A stretch of DNA of 64,000 bases from an uncultured SAR86 cluster bacterium (GTDB taxonomy: Bacteria > Pseudomonadota > Gammaproteobacteria > Magnimaribacterales > D2472): NCBI GenBank assembly GCA_902528215.1, contig CABZRR010000003.1, positions 20,954 through 84,953 of the forward strand. Direction: 5' to 3'. The notes beneath the pieces are model-generated. The model was not told where the DNA came from. It searched no databases and worked only from the letters and a program-made list of their open reading frames with translations. Below, piece after piece: positions 20,672-31,145 of this stretch (the first letter of the stretch is position 1; each line of letters begins with the position of its first letter). A program made the position numbers and the translations under genes.

Positions 20672-21381
20672 CCACACTTGATTATAAACGACTTCTCGTA
20701 AAATTTAGTGGAGAAGCTGTTGCAGGAGAAGATGATCAAGGCATAGATCCAAAAATATTAGATCGTATGGCTCAATCTGTAAAAGATTGTAAAGGTCTTG
20801 GTGCTGAAATTGGAATCGTAATAGGCGGGGGAAATCTTTTTAGAGGTGAGAAATTAAGTAAAGCTGGGATGGATAGGGTTGCAGGGGACCATATGGGCAT
20901 GCTTGCAACCGTTATGAACGGGATCGCCTTGAGAGATGCCCTGGAAAGAGCTGGCGTTAAAACTAGAGTCATGTCAGCCATATCAATGTCTGGTGTTGCA
21001 GAGCATTATGATAGACGTTTAGCAATACAACTTTTAGCCAATGATTTTGTTGTAATTTTTACGGCTGGAACTGGTAATCCATTTTTTACGACCGATACTG
21101 CAGGATGTTTAAGAGCGATAGAGACTCAAGCAGATATTATGCTTAAGGCAACTAGAGTCGATGGAGTGTATTCAGCTGATCCTGAAAAAGATAAAAATGC
21201 TATTTTTTATCCTTCACTCTCTTTTGATGACGCAATCCAACAAAATCTTAAGGTTATGGACGCAACGGCCTTAACTCTAGCAAGGGATCATAGTTTGCCC
21301 TTAAAAGTTTTTAACTTTAATCAAGATGATGCCTTAAAAAGAATTGCTTGCGGTGAGGAAATTGGAACATTAATATCATAG
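20668..21381 (+). CDS. pyrH: UMP kinase
   Basis: [12 protein letters not shown]...[10 protein letters not shown]...FTTDTAA-like block. Confidence 0.96.
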   Translation: MTTLDYKRLLVKFSGEAVAGEDDQGIDPKILDRMAQSVKDCKGLGAEIGIVIGGGNLFRGEKLSKAGMDRVAGDHMGMLATVMNGIALRDALERAGVKTRVMSAISMSGVAEHYDRRLAIQLLANDFVVIFTAGTGNPFFTTDTAGCLRAIETQADIMLKATRVDGVYSADPEKDKNAIFYPSLSFDDAIQQNLKVMDATALTLARDHSLPLKVFNFNQDDALKRIACGEEIGTLIS

Positions 21382-21383
21382 TT

Positions 21384-21938
21384 ATGAACGAAATTATTGA
21401 CAAAATCAAACCAAAGATGCAGAAAGCTATAGATTCTCTAACTTATGAGTTTAATAAAATCAGGACTGGCAGAGCTAATCCAAGTATTCTTGATTCTGTA
21501 AAAATTGATTATTATGGAAACCTCACTCCCATTAATCAGGCTGCAAATATATCAGTTGAAGAAGGAAGAACATTGACTATCTCTCCATGGGATAAATCTT
21601 TAATAGCTGAGATAGAAAAAGCAATTATGGCATCTGATTTAGGTTTAAATCCAAGTACAAGTGGAGATTTAATTAGATTGACAATGCCTGCATTAACAGA
21701 AGAGACTCGCCAAGAGTATATAAAACAAGCAAGAAATGAGGCAGAAAATTCTAGAATTTCAATTAGAAACACCCGCAGAGATGCAAACAATGCAGCAAAA
21801 GATCAACAAAAGGCTGGAGATTTTTCTGAGGACGACCTTAAGCGAATTGAAGGCTTGGTTCAAAAGGAAACTGATCACTTTATTGGACTTATCGATGCAG
21901 AACTTAAACAAAAAGAACAAGATCTTATAGAGATTTAG
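21384..21938 (+). CDS. frr: ribosome recycling factor
   Basis: 184 aa; FNKIRTGRANPSILD...ISPWDKS...GLNP. Confidence 0.96.
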   Translation: MNEIIDKIKPKMQKAIDSLTYEFNKIRTGRANPSILDSVKIDYYGNLTPINQAANISVEEGRTLTISPWDKSLIAEIEKAIMASDLGLNPSTSGDLIRLTMPALTEETRQEYIKQARNEAENSRISIRNTRRDANNAAKDQQKAGDFSEDDLKRIEGLVQKETDHFIGLIDAELKQKEQDLIEI

Positions 21939-21958
21939 TTATTCCGTATCCAGCCATA

Positions 21959-22690
21959 ATGGCAGAAAATAAAAACTCATCACTCAATCTTCCTGGAATA
22001 AATGCCGCAATCATAATGGACGGTAATGGAAGATGGGCAAAAAAAAATGCCTTAAATGTAACTTCGGGTCATGAAAGGGGTGTTGAAGTTGTAAAAAAGA
22101 TTGTTGAGTCTGCTGCAAAAGCTAAGTTAGAGTCTCTTAGTTTGTATGCATTTAGTACTGAAAACTGGTCGCGTCCAAAAAAAGAAATTTTAGGTATAAA
22201 GAAACTTATTATCAAAGCAATAAACTCCCAATTACCAGAATTAATCCAGCAAGAAGTAGGATTAAATTTTTTTGGAGATTATTCTTCATTTGGAAAAACG
22301 GTGGTTGATGCCATACTTTATGCTGAGAGATCAACTGCATTTAAAGATCCAAAGCTAAAATTAAATATTGCCCTTGGTTATGGAGGTCGAGCAGACATTA
22401 TTCAGGCAACAAAACTAATAGCTAATGAAATCAAACTGGATAAACTTTCGCCAGGGGATATTTCAGATGAAACTATTTTTAAATATTTAAAAGCTCCAAT
22501 TAATGATTTAGATTTGCTTATTAGAACTGGTGGTGATCAAAGAATTAGCAATTTTTTGCTATATCATTTAGCTTATTCTGAGATCCAATTCACTGAAACA
22601 CTTTGGCCAGAATTTACTGAAGAAGAATTTCTAAAATGCTTAGAAGCATTTTCAAATACGGAGAGGCGTTTTGGTAAAAGAACTATATAA
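21959..22690 (+). CDS. uppS: ditrans,polycis-undecaprenyl-diphosphate synthase
   Basis: IIMDGNGRWAKK, FSTENWSRP, and the C-terminal ERRFG. Confidence 0.95.
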   Translation: MAENKNSSLNLPGINAAIIMDGNGRWAKKNALNVTSGHERGVEVVKKIVESAAKAKLESLSLYAFSTENWSRPKKEILGIKKLIIKAINSQLPELIQQEVGLNFFGDYSSFGKTVVDAILYAERSTAFKDPKLKLNIALGYGGRADIIQATKLIANEIKLDKLSPGDISDETIFKYLKAPINDLDLLIRTGGDQRISNFLLYHLAYSEIQFTETLWPEFTEEEFLKCLEAFSNTERRFGKRTI

Positions 22691-23483
22691 AAATATCCTG
22701 CAAAGATTGCCCGCTGCATTAATTTTAGCTATTTGTTTATTTGGAATTATTTACTTGCAAAATACTATTCTTATTCTGATTATTATCTTAGCCGTTGGAT
22801 TGCTTCTAATTAAAGAATGGTTGATGCTCTCTGATTCAAAAATTGATTTTAAACAAATAATATTTTTTTTGGCTCTAATCATGCTGCCTATTTTTTTTGC
22901 AGAAAGCTTCCTTGAATTATTCATTGGAATAACCGCAATATTTTGGTTTGCATATACTTTCTGCTTGATTCTAAAGATAACTCCTTCTTATATAAGCTTT
23001 CAAAATAATTATTTGGGCGCTTTTGTCATAATAGGTTTTTTGTATGGCTTAATCTATTTGATTTTATTTTCAGAATTCTTAGACATTAATAAATATTTTT
23101 TACTTTTTGTTATTTTATTCAATACTATATTAGCTGATGTTGGAGCCTATCTTGTTGGAAGCAGCATTGGTAAGACTCCCTTATTTCAAGAAATTAGCCC
23201 AAATAAAACTATTGAGGGTTTCATTGGCGGGGTAGGATTTGTTTTAATTTTTTTATCAGTAATTTTTTTCTATAACTTTATTTCATTAGATCTGATTATA
23301 GCTTCGTTGTTAAGTTTGCCATTCGCATTTATTGGCGACTATTTTGAAAGTCAGCTAAAAAGAAATAAATCAATCAAAGACAGCGGATCACTAATTCCTG
23401 GACATGGTGGTATCTGGGATCGTTTAGATTCACATATTGCCGTAGTGCCAATTTTTATGTTAATAACAAATTTAATAATATGA
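22671..23483 (+). CDS. cdsA: phosphatidate cytidylyltransferase
   Basis: Polytopic membrane protein with the C-terminal CdsA signature SQLKRNKSIKDSGSLIPGHGGIWDRLDS. The TTG start overlaps uppS by 20 nt, so the start is uncertain. Confidence 0.9.
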   Translation: MVKELYKNILQRLPAALILAICLFGIIYLQNTILILIIILAVGLLLIKEWLMLSDSKIDFKQIIFFLALIMLPIFFAESFLELFIGITAIFWFAYTFCLILKITPSYISFQNNYLGAFVIIGFLYGLIYLILFSEFLDINKYFLLFVILFNTILADVGAYLVGSSIGKTPLFQEISPNKTIEGFIGGVGFVLIFLSVIFFYNFISLDLIIASLLSLPFAFIGDYFESQLKRNKSIKDSGSLIPGHGGIWDRLDSHIAVVPIFMLITNLII

Positions 23484-24631
23484 AGAATATTGTTCTTTTA
23501 GGAGCTACTGGCAGCATAGGAAAAAGTTGTCTAAGTGTGATAAGGCAAAATAAAGAGCATTTTCATTTATTTGGCATTGGATTTGGGAGCAACTTAGACA
23601 AGGCTCAAGAAATTGTGCAAGAATTTAATCCAGAGCATATTTTTGTTGCTCAATCTGAAACTGATAAATCGCATAATTTTTGGAAAATTAATTCGAACAC
23701 ACTAGGTAGTGAAGATGAATTACAAGGACTTATTCAAGATCCAAATGTAGATATAGTCATTTCAGCTATTTCAGGATTTGCTGGATTGAAAGCAAGTTTC
23801 TTTGCCATCGAAGCTGGCAAAACAATTCTTGTTGCTAATAAAGAAAGTATTGTAGCTGCTGGAGATATTTTAATGCCGCTTGCTGAGATGAAAGACTCAG
23901 AAATTATTCCTGTTGATAGTGAGCATAATGCTTTATATCAATGTCTTCCTAGTGAAAGAAATCTCGATGAAATTTCTAAAATATTAATTACTGCTTCAGG
24001 AGGTCCTTTTAGAGAAAAGTCTTTGATTGATTTAAAGGGAGTATCCGTTGACGATGCTTTAAAGCATCCCACATGGAGCATGGGAGCTAAAATTACAATT
24101 GATTCATCAACTCTTGTAAATAAATGTTTAGAATTAATTGAAGCACATTATCTCTTTAACATACCTGAATATCAAATTGAAATTGTAGTTCATCCTCAAA
24201 GTATTATTCATTCAATGATTACTTTTATTGATGGATCAACCATTGCTCAAATGAGCAATCCAAGCATGGAAGTTCCGATCTCCAATGCATTGGGAATGGG
24301 GGTGAGACTGCCAATAAATTTTAAAGAGATTGATTTTTCTGAGTTAAATCTATCATTTGAACCTGTTGCTAATGACCGAGAGATAATTTTCGATATGGCC
24401 AGGGAAGTATGCAATAAGAAAGGAAATCTAGGAGCGATCTTTAATGCCTCTAATGAGATAGCTGTAGATGCCTTTATAAATAAAAAAATTGATTTCATTG
24501 ATATTTATGAGGTTATTCAAAGAACTTTTGATTACTTTTCATGTTCTAAGGTAATTACAATAGATGAAATTTTCGAATATGACAAAGAAGCACGCATTCA
24601 AGCAGAGAAGGTGATAAAATCCTTAAACTAA
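23480..24631 (+). CDS. dxr: 1-deoxy-D-xylulose 5-phosphate reductoisomerase
   Basis: LLGATGSIGKS, LVANKES, PVDSEHNA, HPTWSMG. Confidence 0.96.
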   Translation: MKNIVLLGATGSIGKSCLSVIRQNKEHFHLFGIGFGSNLDKAQEIVQEFNPEHIFVAQSETDKSHNFWKINSNTLGSEDELQGLIQDPNVDIVISAISGFAGLKASFFAIEAGKTILVANKESIVAAGDILMPLAEMKDSEIIPVDSEHNALYQCLPSERNLDEISKILITASGGPFREKSLIDLKGVSVDDALKHPTWSMGAKITIDSSTLVNKCLELIEAHYLFNIPEYQIEIVVHPQSIIHSMITFIDGSTIAQMSNPSMEVPISNALGMGVRLPINFKEIDFSELNLSFEPVANDREIIFDMAREVCNKKGNLGAIFNASNEIAVDAFINKKIDFIDIYEVIQRTFDYFSCSKVITIDEIFEYDKEARIQAEKVIKSLN

Positions 24632-24644
24632 TTTTTTCAGTATT

Positions 24645-25988
24645 ATGATTTATCTAATTTCAGCAATAGTATTACTAGGTGTTTTGATTGCTATCCATGA
24701 ATTTGGACATTTTATTGTTGGAAGAATCTTTAATATTCACATCTATCGTTTCTCTATAGGCATGGGACCAGTTATCTACAAAAAATTAGATAGGCACGGA
24801 ACTGAATTTGCTATTTCTGCACTTCCTTTGGGAGGGTATGTTGCTTTTCATACTGAAAAAGTAGTAGTGGAAGAATTAGACCTTTTGCAGCCGTTAACAA
24901 CCGAGCAAAACAAAAATACTTTTGAAAGCAAACCAAGGTGGCAAAGAGCACTTGTAATGCTAGCAGGGCCTGTAGCAAATTTTATTCTTGCTATAGGGAT
25001 TCTTTCTACTATCTTTGTTAATTCTGTTGAGCGTCAATTTATTCCAGAAGTATTTTCAGTATCCTCAGAATTCCTTCAGAGCAATTCTGCTCTTAAATCA
25101 GGGGACATCTTGACTGCAATTAATGAAAAAAAAGTCTCAAGCCTTCAAGACATTCGATTAGAGCTCCTTTCTTTGTCGGGAACAAATGGAATCATAAATT
25201 TTACTTTTCTAAGTGGTGATCAACAAATTGAATATGACGTTGCTGTTCCTGTAAGTGATTATCTTTCAGATCCAAATGAACAAAATGTACCAGAAAATTT
25301 TATGGGTTTTGAATTATCTATGAAATTGCAACCCACGGTGGGTTTAATCGCCAAAGATAGCAATGCTTCTAAAAGTGAATTGAAGGTCAATGATAGAATT
25401 CTAGAAGCTAATAGTCAGCCTATACAATCCTTTGAGGATTTAAGAATAATCATACAGGACTATCAGGGATCTGATATAAATTTTAAAGTTCAGAGAGATC
25501 AACAGATCATTTATCTCAATGTGCCCCTTAGCACCAGAAAAAATGCTGAAGGAAATGAAGAAAAATATATCGGAATAATGCCAGGTTTAAAAAGGTCATT
25601 TTTTTCTTCTCTGTTTAAAGGAACATATGAAACATATAACCTCAGTATTAAAACTTTGACTTTTGTTGGCAAGATGATTACCAGAGATTTAGGCACGCAA
25701 AATCTCAGTGGTCCAATCGGAATTGTACAGATGGCAGGTGATACAGCTAAAGCTGGTTTTATGCCATTCTTATATCTCATGGCTCTATTAAGCATTAGTT
25801 TAGGTGTATTGAATCTCCTTCCAATTCCAGTTTTAGATGGCGGTCAATTGGTTATGCTTGCTATAGAAGCAGTGCGTGGATCGCCAATGCCAGAAAAAAT
25901 GGAAAACTTTTTTTATATGTCTGGCTGGGTTGCAGTAGGATGTCTTATGATCTTTGCAGTATTTAATGACATCTCTAAATTTCTTTAA
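24645..25988 (+). CDS. rseP: RIP zinc metalloprotease RseP
   Basis: HEFGHF in the first TM segment, central PDZ region(s), and the C-terminal LNLLPIPVLDGG. Confidence 0.94.
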   Translation: MIYLISAIVLLGVLIAIHEFGHFIVGRIFNIHIYRFSIGMGPVIYKKLDRHGTEFAISALPLGGYVAFHTEKVVVEELDLLQPLTTEQNKNTFESKPRWQRALVMLAGPVANFILAIGILSTIFVNSVERQFIPEVFSVSSEFLQSNSALKSGDILTAINEKKVSSLQDIRLELLSLSGTNGIINFTFLSGDQQIEYDVAVPVSDYLSDPNEQNVPENFMGFELSMKLQPTVGLIAKDSNASKSELKVNDRILEANSQPIQSFEDLRIIIQDYQGSDINFKVQRDQQIIYLNVPLSTRKNAEGNEEKYIGIMPGLKRSFFSSLFKGTYETYNLSIKTLTFVGKMITRDLGTQNLSGPIGIVQMAGDTAKAGFMPFLYLMALLSISLGVLNLLPIPVLDGGQLVMLAIEAVRGSPMPEKMENFFYMSGWVAVGCLMIFAVFNDISKFL

Positions 25989-25996
25989 AATTTTTG

Positions 25997-28408
25997 ATGA
26001 AAAAAATTGCGCTCTATTTCCTCGCTTTTATATCACTTTCAACATCAGCATTTGACGAATTTTTAATTACAGATATAAGAATAATAGGCTTACAGCGTGT
26101 TTCTATAGGAAGCATTTTTACTGCAATTCCGGTAAGTGTTGGAGATAAGATGAGTCAGGCGAAAGTCAGAGAAATTTCAAAAGCTTTATTTGCTACTGCA
26201 CAGTTTAATGATATCCAAATAGCCAAAGATGGAAATGCATTAATCATTAGCTTGCTCGAAAGACCATCAATATCCTCCATAGAGTTAGAGGGCAATAAAG
26301 CACTTAAATCTGAGGACTTATTGAAAGGTCTTGAGGGTGCCGGGATTGCTGAAGGGCAGGTTTATAAGCGATCCACTTTGAATGGAATGAAAAGCGAATT
26401 AGTTCGTCAATATTCATCCCAGGGTAGGTATGGTGCAAGCGTAAATATTGAAACTGAAGACAGACCAAGAAATACATTAGCCTTAAAAATAATTATTGAC
26501 GAGGGTAAAAGTGCAAAAATTAAAAAGGTTAATATAATTGGAAACAAATTATTTACTGACGAAGAGCTAATGACTGGATTTGAGCTTCAAGAGGGTAAAT
26601 GGTACACATTTTTATCAAATAAGGATAAGTACTCAAAAGAAAAGCTCGAAGGAGACATAGAAAACTTAGAGTCATTTTATTTAGATAGGGGCTATCTAAA
26701 ATTTTCTATTGAATCTTCTCAGGTTTCAGTTTCAAAAAATAAAGAAGATGTTTTTATTACTCTTAGCATCTCAGAGGGAGAGCAATATAAAATAGATGAT
26801 GTCAGCGTAATTGGTGACATGCCTCTGGATGAAGCTCTCTATAATCCAATTGTAGATAGCCAAAAGAATAAAATTTATTCTCAAGCTCAAATTACTCAAA
26901 TAGAGGAATATTTTGTAAATCTTTTAGGAAATGAAGGTTACACCTTCGCAGAAGTTTCCGGAAATCCTGAAATTAATCAAGAAAATAAAACCGTATCATT
27001 ATTATTTCTGGTTCAACCAGGTAATAGGACATATGCAAGAAAAATACTTTTTTCAGGAAACTATTTAACTAATGACGAGGTTTTAAGAAGAGAAATGCGT
27101 CAATTTGAGGGAGCATGGGCTTCAGATAACTTAATTGAAGGATCTAAGGTTCGTCTTGAAAGGCTTGGATTTTTTAAAGAAGTAAATGTTGAGACCATCC
27201 CAGTACCCGGTACTGAAGATCAGGTAGATATTGAATTTACAGTTGAAGAAGAAAGCACATCCTCCATAGGGGGTTCAATAGGATATAGTGACTTTGGAAT
27301 GAATATCGGGCTGAATCTTTCTGATAATAATTATCTTGGTTCTGGCAATCGATTTATTTTTGGGATTAATAAAAGTATCTACCAAGAATCATATAATGTT
27401 TCATTTTTTGATCCATATTTCACAATGGATGGAGTCAGTAGAGGCTACAGCATTTACTTTAGAGAGACAGATTACGGCGAATACAACATTGCAAATTACT
27501 TAACAAATTCTCAAGGACTTGGAGTGCAATTTGGATATCCAATTAGTGATACGCAAAGAATTGGTTTAAACGTTAATTTCGATAATACGGATATTGATTC
27601 TGGTTCTTTACCATCTCGTGAAATTTCAGATTTTTTATCCTCTGAGGGTAATGTTTTTGATGTTTTAAAGGCACAGGCGGTATGGTCAAGAGTCACTCTA
27701 AATAGAGGCATGTTTCCCACTTATGGATCATCAACTGATGTAATGCTTCAAGTTACAGTTCCTGGAAGTGACTTAACCTACTACAAAACCAATTTACGGC
27801 AAAAGTTCTACCGACCACTTGGCTTTTCTAATCTTGTTTTTGGATTTGATGGAGAGCTTGGATACATAGGAGCTTATGGGGATACTGAGAAAACACCATT
27901 TTTCGAAAATTTTTATTCTGGTGGCCCTAGATCCATACGAGGTTTTGAATCTAATACACTTGGCCCAAGAGTCACTCCATCACCGTGCTATAACTTTGAT
28001 CCGGTTACTGAAGAGTGTCCATTAATCGTTGATTCAGATTTTGATGGAATCCCTGATTCAATAGCTCAAAACCCATACCTTTATCAGCAAAGAAGAGATC
28101 CAATTGGTGGCAATCTCTTAATTGAGGGCAGTCTTCAATTAATTTTTAAACTGCCAATGATAGAGGATCAAAGATCGATGAGATCAGCGTTCTTTTTGGA
28201 TTTTGGAAACGTTTTCTCTACTGATTGTCAGGATTATCAGATTAATTGTTTTGAGCCATCAGTCGATGAACTGCGTTATTCTATTGGAGTGGGCGTTACA
28301 TGGATTACTGGCTTTGGGCCAATGAGTTTTAGCTTTTCGCAACCATTTAATGATGGGATTTATGATAGAACAGAAGAATTCCAGTTCACTATCGGAACCG
28401 TATTTTAA
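25997..28408 (+). CDS. bamA: outer membrane protein assembly factor BamA
   Basis: Signal peptide, POTRA repeats, and an Omp85 barrel ending in ...FQFTIGTVF with a C-terminal Phe. The neighbours are rseP-bamA-skp. Confidence 0.95.
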   Translation: MKKIALYFLAFISLSTSAFDEFLITDIRIIGLQRVSIGSIFTAIPVSVGDKMSQAKVREISKALFATAQFNDIQIAKDGNALIISLLERPSISSIELEGNKALKSEDLLKGLEGAGIAEGQVYKRSTLNGMKSELVRQYSSQGRYGASVNIETEDRPRNTLALKIIIDEGKSAKIKKVNIIGNKLFTDEELMTGFELQEGKWYTFLSNKDKYSKEKLEGDIENLESFYLDRGYLKFSIESSQVSVSKNKEDVFITLSISEGEQYKIDDVSVIGDMPLDEALYNPIVDSQKNKIYSQAQITQIEEYFVNLLGNEGYTFAEVSGNPEINQENKTVSLLFLVQPGNRTYARKILFSGNYLTNDEVLRREMRQFEGAWASDNLIEGSKVRLERLGFFKEVNVETIPVPGTEDQVDIEFTVEEESTSSIGGSIGYSDFGMNIGLNLSDNNYLGSGNRFIFGINKSIYQESYNVSFFDPYFTMDGVSRGYSIYFRETDYGEYNIANYLTNSQGLGVQFGYPISDTQRIGLNVNFDNTDIDSGSLPSREISDFLSSEGNVFDVLKAQAVWSRVTLNRGMFPTYGSSTDVMLQVTVPGSDLTYYKTNLRQKFYRPLGFSNLVFGFDGELGYIGAYGDTEKTPFFENFYSGGPRSIRGFESNTLGPRVTPSPCYNFDPVTEECPLIVDSDFDGIPDSIAQNPYLYQQRRDPIGGNLLIEGSLQLIFKLPMIEDQRSMRSAFFLDFGNVFSTDCQDYQINCFEPSVDELRYSIGVGVTWITGFGPMSFSFSQPFNDGIYDRTEEFQFTIGTVF

Positions 28409-28472
28409 CTGCCTAAGTAGTGTTTTTTATCATAATTACTATAGAATATAACAACCATTTAAGGGGAGAAAA

Positions 28473-29006
28473 ATGAAAAAATTACAATTTGTACCTTTCT
28501 TTCTTACATCGCTACTTTTTGCAATTCCTTCATTGGCTATGGAAGGAGTAGGTGTAATCAATATGAGGGATGCTGTCTTAGGCACTCAAGTTGCTCAGGA
28601 TGTTTTAAAGGCCTTGTCTGAAGAAACTGATTATGCTGCCAATATTGAAAAAGCAACTCTTCTCCAAACTGAAAGACAAGCTTTGGCTGAAAAGTTGCAA
28701 AAAGATGGAGAAACTCTTGCTCAAGATGAAATAGTGGATATGCAAAGAGATATTCAAGAAAAAGGTCAGGACATTGAATTTATTATTGGCAAGGTTCAAG
28801 CTAAGCAAAATCAAACAGTTGAAAAGATTTTTGCAGATATCAATCCCACTCTTCAAAAAATTCTTTCAGAGCTTATAGCAGCTAAAGAAGTAAAACTTCT
28901 TCTTTCACAAGAAAATGTTCTTTTTTCTGATCCTGCTTTGGTTTTGACTGATGATGTAACTTCATTGCTAGACGTTGCCTTAGCTGAAGGACAAAACGAA
29001 CAATAA
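28473..29006 (+). CDS. skp: periplasmic chaperone Skp (OmpH)
   Basis: Signal peptide plus a coiled-coil-rich 177-aa protein. It sits between bamA and lpxD. Confidence 0.85.
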   Translation: MKKLQFVPFFLTSLLFAIPSLAMEGVGVINMRDAVLGTQVAQDVLKALSEETDYAANIEKATLLQTERQALAEKLQKDGETLAQDEIVDMQRDIQEKGQDIEFIIGKVQAKQNQTVEKIFADINPTLQKILSELIAAKEVKLLLSQENVLFSDPALVLTDDVTSLLDVALAEGQNEQ

Positions 29007-29008
29007 AT

Positions 29009-29938
29009 TTGTCAGGGCAATCTTATAGCCTTAATGAGTTAGCTAAGAAGGTTAATGGAGAGTTGATTGGAGATTCCAGCCTCCAGATCTCGTCAATTGG
29101 CACAATTCAACATTCATCTTCAGGGTGCATTACATTTTTAGCAAATCGTAAGTATAAGAAATATCTAAATAAAACTTCTGCATCTGCGATTATTGTTAGT
29201 CCAGAATTCAGAGATAAAATTAAGTCAGGAATTGTAGTTAATGACCCATATTTAGCATATGCAAAGATATCTTCTTTGTATCAAAAATATCCAAATCCAT
29301 ACGATTCAAATCAGCCTTCCTATTTTATCCATGAAAGTTCTGATGTTGATGAATCAGTTATTATTGGGCCAAATGTATTTATTGGTCCTGATTGTAAGAT
29401 CGGCCAAGATTCAGTCATTCATGCAAATGCTTCATTGGTAATGAATGTTGAGATTGGAAAGAACTCAACTGTGCATTTCAATTCAGTATTAGGCTCAGAT
29501 GGTTTTGGTTATGCGCCTCATAAAAATGGATACACTAAGATTGAGCAGCTAGGAAAGTTAATTATTGGTGATAATGTTGAAATTGGAGCTGGATGCACTA
29601 TTGACAGAGGAGCAATTGAAAATACTGAAATTCATAATGGTGTGAAGTTAGATAATCTTGTTCATATTGCGCATAATGTTATTCTAGGAGAAAACTCTGC
29701 AATTGCTGCTTCCTGTGCAATAGCTGGATCAACAATTATAGGAAAAAACCTCCAAATGGGTGGTCTATCTGGCATATTGGGGCATTTAGAGATAGCCGAC
29801 GATGTTTCAATTGGCGCCCATACTCTTATAACCAAGAGCATTAATGATTCTGGAAATTATGTCGGTATAATGCCAGCTCAAGAGTACAGAGATTGGGCAA
29901 AGTCATCAGTTTTTTTAAAGAGAAGGATTACAAAATGA
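29009..29938 (+). CDS. lpxD: UDP-3-O-(3-hydroxyacyl)glucosamine N-acyltransferase
   Basis: TTG start. The N-terminal domain (LAKKVNGELIGD...) is followed by left-handed beta-helix hexapeptide repeats. Synteny is skp-lpxD-fabZ. Confidence 0.92.
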   Translation: MSGQSYSLNELAKKVNGELIGDSSLQISSIGTIQHSSSGCITFLANRKYKKYLNKTSASAIIVSPEFRDKIKSGIVVNDPYLAYAKISSLYQKYPNPYDSNQPSYFIHESSDVDESVIIGPNVFIGPDCKIGQDSVIHANASLVMNVEIGKNSTVHFNSVLGSDGFGYAPHKNGYTKIEQLGKLIIGDNVEIGAGCTIDRGAIENTEIHNGVKLDNLVHIAHNVILGENSAIAASCAIAGSTIIGKNLQMGGLSGILGHLEIADDVSIGAHTLITKSINDSGNYVGIMPAQEYRDWAKSSVFLKRRITK

Positions 29939-30375
29939 GTTTTGAATTTTCAGATATCCTTAAACATCTGCCTCATAGACATCCATTCTTATTTGTCGAT
30001 AAGATAATATCTGTTGAGCTAGGCAAAAAAATTCATGCTCAGAAGAATGTCTCAATCAATGAAGATTTTTTCAATGGACATTTTCCTAACAAAGCAGTTA
30101 TGCCAGGTGTTTTGATAATCGAAGCGCTTGCTCAAGCAGCTGGAATTCTGGGCTTTATGACTATGAACAAGACTCCTGAAGAAGGAAGTATTTATTACTT
30201 TGCTGGTGTTGATAATGTGAGATTTAAAAATCCTGTCATTCCAGGAGAGGTAATAGATTTGCATGCAACAATCCGTTCTGAAAAAAAAGGTATTTGGAAG
30301 TTTGATTGTAAGGCCGAGGTTAGTAATAAAAATGTCTGTGAAGCAACAATCCTTTGTGCAGATAGGCTAAAGTAA
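29935..30375 (+). CDS. fabZ: 3-hydroxyacyl-ACP dehydratase
   Basis: ILKHLPHRHPFLFVDKI...GHFPNKAVMPGVLIIEALAQ. ATG 29935 forms an ATGA overlap with the lpxD stop. Confidence 0.95.
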   Translation: MSFEFSDILKHLPHRHPFLFVDKIISVELGKKIHAQKNVSINEDFFNGHFPNKAVMPGVLIIEALAQAAGILGFMTMNKTPEEGSIYYFAGVDNVRFKNPVIPGEVIDLHATIRSEKKGIWKFDCKAEVSNKNVCEATILCADRLK

Positions 30376-30377
30376 AT

Positions 30378-31145
30378 ATGACTAATTCAATAATTGATTC
30401 TTCCGCAAAAATTGATAAATCAGTCAAAATTGGACCTTTTTGCCTAATTGGACCTGATGTTGAAATTGGTCCTGACTGTATTCTGCACTCACATGTTGTT
30501 ATTAAGGGACCAACAAAAATTGGAAAAGGAAACAGCTTTTTTCAATTTTCAACAGTTGGGGAAGATACTCCTGACAAAAAATATGCAGGAGAAGTAACTA
30601 CTTTAGAAATAGGAGATAACAATATTTTTAGAGAGGGAGTTACTGTACATCGAGGAACTGTTCAGGATCAATCTAAAACTACAATAGGCAACGAAAATCT
30701 TTTTATGGCATATGCCCACATAGCCCATGATTGTATTGTTGGTAATAATAATGTATTTGCTAATGCTACTTGTTTGGCAGGACATGTGAAGATAGGAAAT
30801 CATGTAGTTCTGGGTGGAGTTACTCTTGTGCATCAATTTTGTTCTCTTGGAGATCACTCATTTACTGGAATTAACACAATTATTACAATGGATGTCCCTG
30901 CATTTGTAAAAGTTGCTGCTAATCCAGCTCGGCCAATAGGCCTAAACACAGTTGGAATGCAGAGAAATGACTTCGATAATGAGTCGATAAACATTATTAA
31001 AAAAGCCTACAGAATCATCTACAGAAAAGGCTACTCATTTAATGATGCGATTAAGCAACTTCATGCATTGAATAAAGACCCAAATCTAGCTCTTGAAACT
31101 TTTATTTCCTCTATTGAAAGGTCTGAAAGAGGCTTACTTCGATAG
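30378..31145 (+). CDS. lpxA: acyl-ACP--UDP-N-acetylglucosamine O-acyltransferase
   Basis: Hexapeptide-repeat beta-helix plus the LpxA helical C-terminal domain, in conserved position. Confidence 0.94.
   Translation: MTNSIIDSSAKIDKSVKIGPFCLIGPDVEIGPDCILHSHVVIKGPTKIGKGNSFFQFSTVGEDTPDKKYAGEVTTLEIGDNNIFREGVTVHRGTVQDQSKTTIGNENLFMAYAHIAHDCIVGNNNVFANATCLAGHVKIGNHVVLGGVTLVHQFCSLGDHSFTGINTIITMDVPAFVKVAANPARPIGLNTVGMQRNDFDNESINIIKKAYRIIYRKGYSFNDAIKQLHALNKDPNLALETFISSIERSERGLLR

Noticed and set aside
29893-29934. N-terminal extensions implied by the ORF-track starts: fabZ 29893, rplQ 677, ispB 8416, rplU 8410, fur 13909, smpB 11251, rpsT 10300, MBL 55216 and holD 40605.
   Set aside because: In each case an internal ATG reproduces the canonical family N-terminus and removes an implausible overlap with the neighbouring gene or promoter. 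The upstream residues are not conserved-looking.
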